Assembly (NCBI GenBank): GCA_963716395.1
Contig: OY970309.1
Location: 1,920,001-1,984,000 of the forward strand
Direction: 5' to 3'
Length of the DNA stretch: 64,000 bases
Source: an uncultured Fibrobacteria bacterium
GTDB taxonomy: Bacteria; Fibrobacterota; Fibrobacteria; UBA11236
This document shows, in pieces, positions 1 through 10,244 of the stretch. Position 1 is the first letter of the stretch; every line of letters begins with the position of its first letter. A program made the position numbers and the translations under genes. The notes under the pieces were generated by a model, which saw only the letters and a list, made by a program, of their open reading frames with translations, was not told the origin of the DNA and did no database searches.

Positions 1-739
1 AGAGAATGCCGCGCTCCATGGGAACGAGATGGGGAGTAAACAAAGGCGTTACCCCGGTGCCGGCCGCGGCGGAAAGTTGGGCCGAGATTTCGGGCAAATG
101 CCGGTGGCGATCCCCGACCTGATAGGCGGAAAAATTTTCATGGCAGAACACGAAGTGGGTGCCTTCGGTGGCTTTGCGTCCCGCGCCCGACACGCCCGAT
201 TTGGAATCGGCGATGAGGCCGCGGCTTGCGACGACCCCCTCGCGCAAGAGCGGAATCAGGGGCAACAGAATCGACGTGGGGTAGCAGCCGGGATTGGCCA
301 CGAGCCTGGCCTGGGCGATGCGGCGGCGGTGAATTTCGCTGAGGCCATATACGGACGCATGTGCGGGGTTGGGCATGGTTGCGGCATGCGTGGGAATCGC
401 GGCCGGGTCGGCCAGGCGGAAATCGGCCGAAAGATCGATGATGCGCGTCCCCGCTTGCGCCAAAAACGGTTCCAGGGCGGCGGCCGAAGCGCCATGCGGC
501 AAGCAGGAAAACACCGCGTCCGGAGGCGTGCGTTTTTGGGCCTCGACTGTCGGGATAAGACGCGAAACCGCGGCGGAAAGGTGGCCGGCGAAAGCGCGGT
601 AAACCTGGGCATAATCGGTTCCGGCCTGGGATTCAGAGCCGAGCCAGGCCAATTCCACCTGCGGATGCCGCAGCAGCAGCCGCACCAATTCGGCGCCGGC
701 CAGCCCCGTGGCGCCCAGAATTCCCACCGTAATTTTCAT
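1..739 (-). CDS. argC: N-acetyl-gamma-glutamyl-phosphate reductase (3' end runs off the window)
   Basis: Manual translation from ATG 739: MKITVGILGATGLAGAELVRLLLRHP...IIDLSADFRL...ANPGCYPTSILL...SGVSGAGR...HRHLPEI...PHLVPMERGIL. Absent from the ORF track because its stop is outside the window. Confidence 0.95.
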   Translation of the reverse strand, partial: MKITVGILGATGLAGAELVRLLLRHPQVELAWLGSESQAGTDYAQVYRAFAGHLSAAVSRLIPTVEAQKRTPPDAVFSCLPHGASAAALEPFLAQAGTRIIDLSADFRLADPAAIPTHAATMPNPAHASVYGLSEIHRRRIAQARLVANPGCYPTSILLPLIPLLREGVVASRGLIADSKSGVSGAGRKATEGTHFVFCHENFSAYQVGDRHRHLPEISAQLSAAAGTGVTPLFTPHLVPMERGIL

Positions 740-977
740 CGCGGAAAAAGTAGCAAGCACCCCTGGGACGCCACGAAATCAGCTTATTCCCAGGGTTGGC
801 CATGCTTGCATGGCTTGGCGGTTTCGAGTACCTTTATCGGTATATAACTGCGCGATGTCTTGGCATATCCGGCCGATCCTCTTGCCGAAATGAAAAATTC
901 ACCGGACAATGAACCAGAGTTCAGGCGGCAACGGAGCGCGAAGACTGATGATGCGGTAAAGTGAATAGGAGTAGGAA

Positions 978-1208
978 ATGGCGGCCGTCACCAAGGTTTG
1001 GTTGGATGAAAGCGAAAACGAATGCACCATGTGCGGCGCATGTGAAGCCACGTGCCCCGAGGTATTCGAAGTTCCCGAAAAAATGGTAGTGAAAGACGGG
1101 GCGGATTTGACCTTGACCCAGCAAATCGTGGAAGCCGCCGAGGGCTGTCCCGTGGGTACCATCGCCATCGAATACGACGCCAGCGGCAAGCGCGACAATC
1201 CAGCCTAA
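978..1208 (+). CDS. Monocluster [4Fe-4S]-type ferredoxin
   Basis: CTMCGACEATCP plus a distal AAEGCPV; AGGAG RBS upstream. Confidence 0.9.
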   Translation: MAAVTKVWLDESENECTMCGACEATCPEVFEVPEKMVVKDGADLTLTQQIVEAAEGCPVGTIAIEYDASGKRDNPA

Positions 1209-1374
1209 AATTCCGCTGCGTCGAGTTGCAATCGACTCGGACCTTTTTCCCATCTCCAATCCGATCCGAAATCTCATCTGCGCAGGCGGATGGGGTTGTT
1301 CCCCGCATCTTTCGCACCGCACGGGATCGGGGTGGCTATATTTACTTCCCCGTTTTTTCCGGGGCAGGTTCGTT

Positions 1375-3258
1375 TTGCAATCCCTGTATGAATATCTCGC
1401 GTCGGCTCCCAAAAGCCATTTGGCCAAATTACACCGGCGCGATCACCCCACGGCCGGTCTGCAACAATCGGCACGGGTCATCGAAGGCGTGCAGGCGCGC
1501 GCGCTGGACCCGGACCGCTTGCAAGAGGTGCTGGCCAATTCCGATCGCGAGGCGCGGCGGCTGCTTTTGGCCGTGTACGCCGCGGAAGAGCGCGGTCTCT
1601 TTGAGACCGAGCTGCAACGGGGATGCCCCACCGGACCGTCGCAGGCAAGTTACTTCTTGGCCGGGCTCGAATACGAATTGCTGGTGTTCAGCCGCGAAAG
1701 CGAATCGCGCAGCTACCATGGGTTTCGCGAATTGGCACCCATGCTCCTGCCCGCTTTGCTGGCCGAATTCGCCCCGGTCGAGGCCGGCCCGCCTTCGGGA
1801 GCGTGGGTTTCGAATGCGGCGCATGGTCTTTCGCACTTCTGCCATTTTCTGGCCAAGGCCGCGCGTGGTGAATTGCGCCTGACCCAGGCCAAAGAACTGC
1901 ATCGCAAAAGCTTGCAGGATTTGGCCCAGGGTTTTTCCTCGGGGCATTCCCTCTCGGATGCGGCGGCGGAGGAAGAAACGGTATTTCTGTTCCGCTTCGG
2001 CGCCGAAGCGGAATTGTGGCGCGAAGACGACGGAATCCTGCGTTTGTCGGAGGCGGCCGAGGCCTGGCTCGAAGAAGGTCGCGCCGAATGGCGGCGGCGG
2101 TTGTGGGAATGGTGGTTGCGCCGCCGCGTGCGCGGCCTGTCGCGCACATTAGCCGCGCTGGCGCAGATGGAGAACGCCCCGGCGCCGGCGCATGCCGTGG
2201 GTGCGCTGGCCCCGATCTTTTCCGTCTACGAGGGCTGGGAATCTACCCGCGGCAAATCGGTTTCCGAGCTTTCCACGTGGGAAAATCTGCCGCGGACCCT
2301 GCGCGAGTTATGGATGATCGGCGGCGTGGATTTCGCCATGCACAAGGGACGGATCCGCTGGGTCCGTCTGCGCAACCCCGAGGAAGGCGTCGCGGGCGCG
2401 CCCGATCCGACCGAAGCCCCGCGCGGTCTGCCCAATCTCGAAGCTCTGGTTCCCGTGTCGGTACCGCTGCGCCGCCAATTCCAGGTCGAGTTGGTGGCCG
2501 GCCGCGCCAACGACGAGGTGCTGACGCGCTACCGCTTTACCAAGGATTCGGTGGTGCAGGGGTTGCAGGCCGGCATGACGGCCGAGGCGCTGCAGGAACT
2601 GGCCGCTTGGCTGGGATTCGAGGCTCCGGCACGGCGCACCTTATCCGACTGGGCGGCCGCCTACGTGACCGCCGTGTTTCGGGAAATTTTTGTGTTACGG
2701 GTGCGCGACCCCGAGCGCTTCCGCGAATTGCAGGAGTTTCCGCATTTCATGGAACTTGTGACCGAAACCATTCCAGACTACGGCTTCGTGCTGGCCCGGG
2801 CCGACAAAGCGCGTGCGCGCGAATTGCTGCGCGTGTTCGACCTTTTGCCCGGCGAAGAAGCCTCGCCCGAGGCGGACCGCGGCCAGACCCTGGCTTTGGA
2901 GGCGGCTGATCCGCAATGGGCGCTGCCGGCCTTCCCGCACGGCGAAATCGCCTACCGACACGCGCTTCCCTTGCGACGCGAGTTGCCTTCGTTGGGCGAA
3001 CGCGAGCGCGGCGCGCGCGCCCGGGCCGAAGCCACCGTGGCCGACCGCATGCAGGTGCTCGAAGGCGCCATCCGCCTGCAAAAGACCGTCGAGTTCACCT
3101 ATAACGGCGCCGTCGGCAAACGCATCCAGGTGCAGCCCCTGCACGTGCTGCGCAACCGCGACCCCATCAAGCTCATCGCCGTGGAGCTGGGCAGCGGCCA
3201 TCGCAACGAGTATTTGCTCGACCAGGTGCAGGGTCTGCATCTGGTCGAGGCCGGCTGA
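1375..3258 (+). CDS. XPB helicase-associated (Helicase_C_3-like) protein with C-terminal WYL-like domain
   Basis: PNLEALVP...YRFTKDSVVQGLQAGMT...LSDWA segment; C-terminal LEGAIRLQKTVEFTY...VQPLHV...NEYLLDQV resembles WYL. Confidence 0.7.
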   Translation: MQSLYEYLASAPKSHLAKLHRRDHPTAGLQQSARVIEGVQARALDPDRLQEVLANSDREARRLLLAVYAAEERGLFETELQRGCPTGPSQASYFLAGLEYELLVFSRESESRSYHGFRELAPMLLPALLAEFAPVEAGPPSGAWVSNAAHGLSHFCHFLAKAARGELRLTQAKELHRKSLQDLAQGFSSGHSLSDAAAEEETVFLFRFGAEAELWREDDGILRLSEAAEAWLEEGRAEWRRRLWEWWLRRRVRGLSRTLAALAQMENAPAPAHAVGALAPIFSVYEGWESTRGKSVSELSTWENLPRTLRELWMIGGVDFAMHKGRIRWVRLRNPEEGVAGAPDPTEAPRGLPNLEALVPVSVPLRRQFQVELVAGRANDEVLTRYRFTKDSVVQGLQAGMTAEALQELAAWLGFEAPARRTLSDWAAAYVTAVFREIFVLRVRDPERFRELQEFPHFMELVTETIPDYGFVLARADKARARELLRVFDLLPGEEASPEADRGQTLALEAADPQWALPAFPHGEIAYRHALPLRRELPSLGERERGARARAEATVADRMQVLEGAIRLQKTVEFTYNGAVGKRIQVQPLHVLRNRDPIKLIAVELGSGHRNEYLLDQVQGLHLVEAG

Positions 3259-3259
3259 C

Positions 3260-6200
3260 ATGGCGACTCCCTTCGCGCATCTGCACGTGCATTCGGAGTA
3301 TTCGCTGCTCCGCTCCACCGCGCGCCTCCCCGGACTCATCGCCCAGGCCAAAGCCGCGGGACAAACCGCCTTGGCCCTCACCGATCACGGCAACATGTTC
3401 GGCATGCTCGAGTTCTACACGGCCGCGCACAAAGCCGGCCTCAAGCCCATCCTCGGATGCGATTTGTACATGGCGCCCGACCACCGCCGCAACCAGGTGT
3501 ACGCGCCCGGCCAGCCGGCCTGGCACCAGGTGGTGGCGCTGGCCGAGAACGAAACCGGGTACCGGAATCTCCTGGCCCTGTGTTCGGCGGGGCATCTCGA
3601 CGGCTTCTACCAGAAGCCGCGTATCGATCGCGCGGCCGTCGAGCAATGGCGTGAAGGGCTGTTTTTCCTCCTGCCCAACGTCGACAGCGAAGCCGGCTAC
3701 CACATCGTGCACGGGCAGGAGAAGAAGGCCCGCGAGATTTTGGATTTCTTCGCCGCCGCCTGCGGCCGCGACCGGGTCTTTCTCGGGGTGGAGGATCACG
3801 GCCGTCCCGAAGAGCGGGAGGTGAACCGGTTCTTCCTGAATCTCCACCACGAAGGTTGGTCTCTGGTCGCGGGCAACGACGTGCATTACGTGGCGCGCGC
3901 CGACGCCGAGGCCCACGACGTGCTACTGTGCATCGACGGCGGTTGGAAGTTGAACGACGCCCAACGGCCCCGGTTCGCCTCCGACCAGTACTATCTGCGA
4001 TCGGGCGCGGAGATGGCCGCCCTGCTCGCCGCCTATCCGGGCGCCCTGGAAAACACCGCCGCCTTGGCCGACGCCTGTTCGGTGACCATCGGATTCGGAA
4101 CCCTGTCGCACCCGAGTTTTCCCGTACCGGCCGGCTTCGCCGACGCCGACGCCTACCTGGCCCGTTTGGCCGAAGAGGGGTTGCCCCGGCGTTACGGGGA
4201 GCCGACGCCGGAGATGCGCGCGCGCCTGCGTTTCGAACTCGAAACCATGCGCCACATGCAAGTGGCGGGGTACATGCTGATCGTGCAGGATTTCATCAAC
4301 GCCGCCAAGGCACGCGGCATACCGGTCGGCCCGGGCCGTGGCTCGGCGGTGGGGTCGCTGGTGTGTTACGCCGTGGGCATCACCGACGTCGATCCCCTGC
4401 GCTACCACTTGCTGTTCGAACGTTTTTTGAACCCCGAACGCGTGACCATGCCCGATATCGACACCGATTTTTCCGACAGCGGCCGCCAGGCCGTCATCGA
4501 ATACGTGGTGGAAAAATACGGCAAGGAATCGGTTGCGCAAATCGTGACCTACGGCCGGCTCAAAGCCAAGGCCGTGCTCAAAGACGTGGCGCGCGTGCTC
4601 GGCATCGATCACAAAGAGGTCGAGCGCCTCAACAAGTTCATTCCGCCGCTGGCCAAGGGGTTGCGCCGTCCCGCGGGCGATCCGACGCATGACGGCGTGT
4701 ACGCGTCGGATATCTCCGAGGTGAACCAGGCCATTGCCGCCGGGGGCGAACCCTACCGTCGCCTGTGGGAGCATGCGCAAAACCTCGAAGGCCTGGTGCG
4801 CCAGGCCGGCATGCACGCCGCGGCCGTGATCATCGCGCCGCGCGCCGTGGTGCACTTCGCGCCGCTGTTTCAGCAGCCCGGATCGAACCAAGTCATGATC
4901 CAGTACGACATGCGTTTTTCCGAGAGCATCGGGCTTTTGAAAATGGATTTTCTCGGACTGCGCAACCTGTCGGTGATCCAGGACGCCCTCCAGCAGATCG
5001 AAGAGAACCACGGCGTCGCGCTCGACCCGCTGCGGCTGCCCGAGGCCGATGCCAAAACCTTCGCCCTGTTGGGCCAGGGCCAGACGGTGGGCATCTTCCA
5101 GTTCGAATCGGCGGGCATGCAGGATTATTTGCGCAAGCTCAAGCCGTCGAGCCTCGAGGATCTCATCGCCATGAACGCGTTGTACCGCCCCGGCCCCATG
5201 GAGTTCATTCCGCAGTATATCGCCCGCAAAAACGGCCAGGAAGCGGTCGATATGTACCACGCCGATCTCGAACCGATTCTGCGCGAGACATACGGGGTCA
5301 TCGTCTACCAGGAACAGGTCATGCAGATCGCGCAGGTGCTGGCCGGCTTCACCTTGGGCGGCGCCGATTTGCTGCGCCGCGCCATGGGGAAAAAGGACGA
5401 GAAGAAGATGAAGGATCTCAAGCCCAAATTCATCGGCGGCGCCAAAGAGCGCGGCTATGATCCGGCGCTGGCGGAACGGCTGTGGGAAGTGCTGATTCCT
5501 TTTTCCAGCTACGCCTTCAACAAATCGCATTCCGCGGCCTACGCCTTCATCGCCTACCAGACCGCGTTTCTCAAGGCCAATTATCCGGCCGAGTTCATGG
5601 CCGCCAACATGAATTCCGAAATGCACGATACCACGCGCCTGGTGGTGCTGCTCAACGATTGCCGGCAATTGCATATTCCCGTGCGCTTTCCCGACGTGAA
5701 CCGCAGCGACGCGGTGTTCAAGGCCCGCGAGGGCGCCATCGTGTATGGTCTGGGCGGCATCAAGAACGTGGGCGTGGGCGCGGTGGAACGCATCGTGGCC
5801 GAGCGGCGCGCGCGCGGACCGTTCACCTCGCTGTTCGATCTCTGCAAGCGCGTCGACGCGCATGTGCTGAACCGCCGCGCGCTGGAGTCGCTCATCTTCG
5901 CGGGCGCGCTGCCCGACGAGATTCCCGGCAACCGCGCGCAGCAATTCGCCGCTGTGGAAACCGCGCTGGCCTGGGCCGCCGGACGGCAGGCCGATCGCGA
6001 GCGGGGCCAGGTCAGCCTGTTCGAAGCGGGCGGCGGCGCGGCGCTGGAGACGGGGGAGCCCGTGCTGCCCGACGTCGACGCCTGGCCGTACCCGGAAATG
6101 CTGGAAAAAGAAAAAGAGGTGCTCGGCCTTTACCTCTCCGGCCATCCGCTGGAACCGTATCGCGCCGAACTCGAAGCCTTCGCCACCGCGCCGCTGGATC

Positions 6201-6802
6201 CGGAGCGGCTCAAAGCTCTGGCGCCTCCGACGGCGGCTGACGCCGAATCCGCCCCCCGCCGGTTCGACAAATCGGGCGGCCCCAAAACCGAAGTGGTGCT
6301 GGGCGGGTTGATCGCGCGCCTCAAGACGCGCATCAGCCCCAAGGACAATCGTACCTTCGCGTTCGCCGATCTCGAGGACTTCACCGGCAAAATCGACGTG
6401 ACCTTCTGGTCCGAAGTGTTCGAAAGCGTGCGCGCGCAGGTCGACGTCGACGCCATGGTGCTGATCCGCGGCGAGCTCAAATGGGACGCAGATCGCGGCC
6501 AGCACAAACTCATCGCTTCCAAGGTGCTGCCGCTTGCCGAGGCGCGCGCGCGGCTCGCCAAGAGCGTACATGTGCGCTTGCGCGCCGACGGCCTGGGCCG
6601 CGACCGGCTGGAGCAATTGCAAACGCTATGCGCCGGGCTCGCCGGCGCGTGCCAATTAGTATTCCATGTCGACACGCGCCGCACCCCCGTCGAGGTTTTG
6701 AGCGACCGCTATCGCGTGAGCCCCGATGCCGGCTGTCTGGACCGCTTGTCGGAATGGGCCGGGACGGGCAACGTGTGGTTGAGCGCCAGAGCTTACGCTT
6801 AA
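3260..6802 (+). CDS. dnaE: DNA polymerase III alpha subunit
   Basis: HLHVHSEYSLL, ALTDHGNMFG, GPGRGSAVGS, PDIDTDF, KMDFLGL, YAFNKSHS; ATG at 3260, 1 nt after the upstream stop. Confidence 0.98.
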   Translation: MATPFAHLHVHSEYSLLRSTARLPGLIAQAKAAGQTALALTDHGNMFGMLEFYTAAHKAGLKPILGCDLYMAPDHRRNQVYAPGQPAWHQVVALAENETGYRNLLALCSAGHLDGFYQKPRIDRAAVEQWREGLFFLLPNVDSEAGYHIVHGQEKKAREILDFFAAACGRDRVFLGVEDHGRPEEREVNRFFLNLHHEGWSLVAGNDVHYVARADAEAHDVLLCIDGGWKLNDAQRPRFASDQYYLRSGAEMAALLAAYPGALENTAALADACSVTIGFGTLSHPSFPVPAGFADADAYLARLAEEGLPRRYGEPTPEMRARLRFELETMRHMQVAGYMLIVQDFINAAKARGIPVGPGRGSAVGSLVCYAVGITDVDPLRYHLLFERFLNPERVTMPDIDTDFSDSGRQAVIEYVVEKYGKESVAQIVTYGRLKAKAVLKDVARVLGIDHKEVERLNKFIPPLAKGLRRPAGDPTHDGVYASDISEVNQAIAAGGEPYRRLWEHAQNLEGLVRQAGMHAAAVIIAPRAVVHFAPLFQQPGSNQVMIQYDMRFSESIGLLKMDFLGLRNLSVIQDALQQIEENHGVALDPLRLPEADAKTFALLGQGQTVGIFQFESAGMQDYLRKLKPSSLEDLIAMNALYRPGPMEFIPQYIARKNGQEAVDMYHADLEPILRETYGVIVYQEQVMQIAQVLAGFTLGGADLLRRAMGKKDEKKMKDLKPKFIGGAKERGYDPALAERLWEVLIPFSSYAFNKSHSAAYAFIAYQTAFLKANYPAEFMAANMNSEMHDTTRLVVLLNDCRQLHIPVRFPDVNRSDAVFKAREGAIVYGLGGIKNVGVGAVERIVAERRARGPFTSLFDLCKRVDAHVLNRRALESLIFAGALPDEIPGNRAQQFAAVETALAWAAGRQADRERGQVSLFEAGGGAALETGEPVLPDVDAWPYPEMLEKEKEVLGLYLSGHPLEPYRAELEAFATAPLDPERLKALAPPTAADAESAPRRFDKSGGPKTEVVLGGLIARLKTRISPKDNRTFAFADLEDFTGKIDVTFWSEVFESVRAQVDVDAMVLIRGELKWDADRGQHKLIASKVLPLAEARARLAKSVHVRLRADGLGRDRLEQLQTLCAGLAGACQLVFHVDTRRTPVEVLSDRYRVSPDAGCLDRLSEWAGTGNVWLSARAYA

Positions 6803-7779
6803 TCCGTCGGGCGCGGCCTCGTACGTTTCCATCGCCGCCGGAGCGCGCGCAGCCCGTCGCCCAGGGCCCCGAGAAAACGGGCCGAGCCCACGCGTTGCAG
6901 CGAAGAGGGAAACTCCACGGGGTGCGTTCCGAAGCGGCGCTTGAACTCCTGCACGCCTTCGAGGCCGCTGCTGCCGGTGAGATCGAAGACCGCGAAGCCG
7001 CGGCGCCGCGCGTCGAGGATCATGTCGTGCAACAGGATTTGCGAAACCCCGAAAGAGAAATAATGTTCGTCGGCCGCGCCGTGCCACAAGACCACGTGCC
7101 GGTTGTGGTAAAAGGTGAGATAACCCGAGCCGATGACGCCTTGGTGTTCGGCCACCCATAGCCGCAGCGCCGGCGAGTTCCCCAACTTGCGGCGGATATC
7201 GTCGAACAGTGCCCGGGGATAAGCGGCGGTGGTGCGCGCCCCCCAGCGTTGCAGCGAAAGTTCGTAGAGAGCGTAATAGCGATCCCAATCGGCCGGAGCT
7301 TCCGCCGCGCGTGTGCGCACCTGGTTGCGCAGCGCCACCCGCACCCGGCGGCGCTGGCCCTGATCCCAGTCGCGCATGGGATTTTCGGGATCCAGCGCGT
7401 CCAAATCGATGGTCTGGATGCGCGAGGTAAAAGTGCGGCCCACGGTGATGGCATTGGGGGTGAAGGGCGAGGAAATAAGCAGCACGTTCAACCCCCGTAA
7501 CGCTTGTGCGACTGCGCGCAATTCGTCGCGTGCGAGGAGTCGGGCGCAAATGGGCGCGGCATAGGTGCCGAAGGGGCTGAAATAGCGATCGCTGCCCCAG
7601 CGCCGGGTCTTGAGCAGCGGCAGGCAAATCGGCGTCTCACCTGCCTGCAGCAGCAGGGGCGCGACTTCGGCCCGATAATGGCGGGCGCCGATGCCCAGCC
7701 ATTCAGGTGTTTGGTAAAAAGTGCAGCCGGGGTCCGCGCGGCACAGCTCGCTCCACAACGGCTCGGGGCAAAGTTCCAT
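6799..7779 (-). CDS. GNAT/FemAB-like (Acetyltransf_6) protein
   Basis: TFYQTPEW, SPFGTYA, FDLTGS...GVQEFKRRFG. Confidence 0.8.
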   Translation of the reverse strand: MELCPEPLWSELCRADPGCTFYQTPEWLGIGARHYRAEVAPLLLQAGETPICLPLLKTRRWGSDRYFSPFGTYAAPICARLLARDELRAVAQALRGLNVLLISSPFTPNAITVGRTFTSRIQTIDLDALDPENPMRDWDQGQRRRVRVALRNQVRTRAAEAPADWDRYYALYELSLQRWGARTTAAYPRALFDDIRRKLGNSPALRLWVAEHQGVIGSGYLTFYHNRHVVLWHGAADEHYFSFGVSQILLHDMILDARRRGFAVFDLTGSSGLEGVQEFKRRFGTHPVEFPSSLQRVGSARFLGALGDGLRALRRRWKRTRPRPTD

Positions 7780-7934
7780 CGGCGCTTAGGCGAATATCGC
7801 TGCCGAGTCTCGGCCACACGGGCGGACGCCTGTGTTGGTCCGGCGCTGCGGCAAAGTTCGGTGGGGAGAGGGAATGGAAATAGGAAAAAGTCCGGCCTTA
7901 AGCCGGCTGTGCGGAAAGCCGCAAACGGTGCGCG

Positions 7935-8096
7935 TCAAACGCCGTCGGTCGGTTCGCCTGCGTCGGGTTTTTCCCGGAAGACGCGGAGCACGATGCGGCC
8001 CACGGCCAGAGCGATGCCCACAAAGGCCGCGAACCCCAGCGCCTTCAACAACTTCGAACCGGATTTTCCTTCGGATGCCATATCTTCGGTCTGCAT
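7935..8096 (-). CDS. Small single-pass membrane protein (53 aa)
   Basis: Manual translation MQTEDMASEGKSGSKLLKALGFAAFVGIALAVGRIVLRVFREKPDAGEPTDGV*; one clean TM helix; below the ORF-track cutoff. Confidence 0.6.
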   Translation of the reverse strand: MQTEDMASEGKSGSKLLKALGFAAFVGIALAVGRIVLRVFREKPDAGEPTDGV

Positions 8097-8224
8097 GATG
8101 CGGTACGTTCCCCAACTGCGTCTGACGCCATTCTACCACGTGCCGCGATTCCTATCCAATCAAATCGGGTTCGCGTGGCCGGCACCAACACCTTGCAATA
8201 TACAATCCAGGGGCAGCGTTCGGG

Positions 8225-8704
8225 TTACCCTTCGCGGGCCGAGGCGATTTCGCGTTCTTCGGCTTCCATCATGGCTTCGAGGATTTGGGCTTGACTGCGC
8301 AGGAGATTTCGGAAGCGGACGAAAAACTGCTGCTTTTGGTTTTCCAGGCTGAAAATTTCGGCGCGTAAATTCGCGATATGCTCGCGCGACCCGCGCAGTT
8401 CTTCGTCGGCGCGCAATTGCGCCTGCTGCACGATGAGGTCGGCCTCCTGCTCCGCCGACCGGCGCTTCTCTTCCAGCGTCTGCTGCATGGTGATCACGGC
8501 GTCTTGCAGGGTTTTTTCGATGAGCCGGTAATGGTTCACCCGCTCTTCGGAAATTTTGAGCCGCTCCGAAAGCTGGGCGTTCTGGCGGTTCAACTCCTCG
8601 AATTCCTTGGCGATGGAATCGAGCAGCGCCCGCACTTCGTCCGGATCATAGCCGCGAAACTTCGCAGAGAACTCGTGCTTCTTGATGTCGAGGGGTGTGA
8701 TCAT
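8225..8704 (-). CDS. divIVA: DivIVA domain protein
   Basis: MITPLDIKKHEFSAKFRGYDPDEV followed by coiled coil; GGAGGA RBS. Confidence 0.9.
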   Translation of the reverse strand: MITPLDIKKHEFSAKFRGYDPDEVRALLDSIAKEFEELNRQNAQLSERLKISEERVNHYRLIEKTLQDAVITMQQTLEEKRRSAEQEADLIVQQAQLRADEELRGSREHIANLRAEIFSLENQKQQFFVRFRNLLRSQAQILEAMMEAEEREIASAREG

Positions 8705-8795
8705 GCATCCTCCGGCGGTCGCAAATTTGAAAAGTGCAAAAATGGGGAGGGGCGCGGTGGGAAATGCGTTTCAATTTACCTATGCTCAGAATTTT

Positions 8796-10244
8796 ATGCA
8801 CGCAACCATGACCGGAAAAGATTATCTGGACCCGATCTTCGCCGCCCTGACGACGCTGACTTCACACGGGCTGGAAAGCGTGTTCGGCACCGGCATGCAC
8901 ACTTGCGTTGTCGGCAGCGTTACCTGGGCGGATTTGGGAACGGTGCTTTGCCTGCTGCTTTTCGTTCTGCTCGTCCATGCTCTGGCCGCCACCTTTCTGC
9001 GGCACAAAACCCGGCAGGCCGCGGCGACCCCAGGCGGGGAATTGCACCATCATGTCTTTGGCGCGTTGGGCAAGCCTTTTTATGCGCTGATCTGGATTTA
9101 CGGCGTCTATCTGGCCGCGATGCCGCTGCTGCTGAAACTGCCGGCGGATCCAGAATTGCACGTTGTCCGGACGGGTTTTAACAAGGTGTTCGATCTGGGC
9201 GTTTTTGCGGTCGTGTTTTGGCTGTTCTTCCGCTTCACGCGGGTTTTGGAAGCGTGGCTGGCGGTTTGGGCCTCCAAAACGAACAGCAAGCTCGACGATT
9301 TGTTCGTGCCGCTGGTGGGCCGGAGTCTGCGCGTGATCGTGCCGGTGGTGGGAATCATCTTTGCCCTGCCCATCCTCGGGTTGCCGCCCGAATACGCGGG
9401 TGTTTTTGCCAAGGGCAGCAGCATTCTGCTGATCATCGCAGTGTCGGTCATCCTCTTTCAGACCGTGAGCCTGGGCGAAAAAGCCGTCCTGGCGGAATAT
9501 GACATCAAGGCGTCAGACAATCTTCAGGCCCGCAAGATTTACACCCAGGCCCACGTCATCAGCAAGGTGCTCTACGCCGTCATCTCCCTGTTCACCGTGG
9601 CCTCGGTCTTGATGCTGTTCCAAGAGGTGCGGCAATTCGGCACCAGCATTCTGGCCTCGGCGGGCATCGTCGGGATCATACTTGGTTTCGCCGCGCAAAA
9701 GACCATTTCCAACCTGTTCGCCGGTTTTCAACTCGCTCTGACCGAGCCCATCCGCCTGGATGATGTCGTGATCGTCGAAGGCGAATGGGGCCGCATCGAG
9801 GAAATCACCCTCACCTACGTGGTCGTGCATATTTGGGATGACCGCCGGCTGGTGGTACCGTTGAGTAATTTCATTGAAAAACCGTTTCAGAACTGGACCC
9901 GCGTCTCGGCGGAATTGCTCGGTTCGGTTTTCGTATGGACGGATTACACGCTGCCGTTGGACGAAGCGCGCCGGGCGTTGCAGGACATCATCGAAAACCA
10001 TCCGCTCTGGGACAAACGCTTTTGGAACCTGCAGGTGACCGACACAAGCGAAAAAACCATGCAGTTGCGCGTGTTGGCCACGTCCGCGGATTCGTCCAAA
10101 TCCTGGGATTTGCGCTGCGCCATCCGCGAGCAATTTATCGCCTATCTGCAAAAAAGCCATCCGGAATGCCTGCCGCGCGTGCGCGCCGAAATGTGCCCGC
10201 CGTTTCCCGCCGGCGATCCAATCCCTAAATCCATCGGGCCCTGA
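8796..10244 (+). CDS. MscS-family mechanosensitive channel
   Basis: Multiple TMs, LASAGIVGIILGFAAQKTISNLFAG, GRIEEITLTY, FQNWT; start uncertain (8796 or 8808). Confidence 0.92.
   Translation: MHATMTGKDYLDPIFAALTTLTSHGLESVFGTGMHTCVVGSVTWADLGTVLCLLLFVLLVHALAATFLRHKTRQAAATPGGELHHHVFGALGKPFYALIWIYGVYLAAMPLLLKLPADPELHVVRTGFNKVFDLGVFAVVFWLFFRFTRVLEAWLAVWASKTNSKLDDLFVPLVGRSLRVIVPVVGIIFALPILGLPPEYAGVFAKGSSILLIIAVSVILFQTVSLGEKAVLAEYDIKASDNLQARKIYTQAHVISKVLYAVISLFTVASVLMLFQEVRQFGTSILASAGIVGIILGFAAQKTISNLFAGFQLALTEPIRLDDVVIVEGEWGRIEEITLTYVVVHIWDDRRLVVPLSNFIEKPFQNWTRVSAELLGSVFVWTDYTLPLDEARRALQDIIENHPLWDKRFWNLQVTDTSEKTMQLRVLATSADSSKSWDLRCAIREQFIAYLQKSHPECLPRVRAEMCPPFPAGDPIPKSIGP

Noticed and set aside
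350-400. Atypical argC segment (AIPTHAATMPNPAHAS), possibly compensating indels
   Set aside because: The frame stays open and the region is variable; cannot be separated from divergence or error without reads.
2813-3259. N-terminal extension of dnaE in the ORF track
   Set aside because: Overlaps the upstream gene in another frame; DnaE homology starts at ATG 3260.
3923-6622. 899-aa antisense ORF (likewise 34359-37262 opposite metH and 29-847 opposite argC)
   Set aside because: Shadow ORFs caused by high-GC codon usage; no recognisable motifs.
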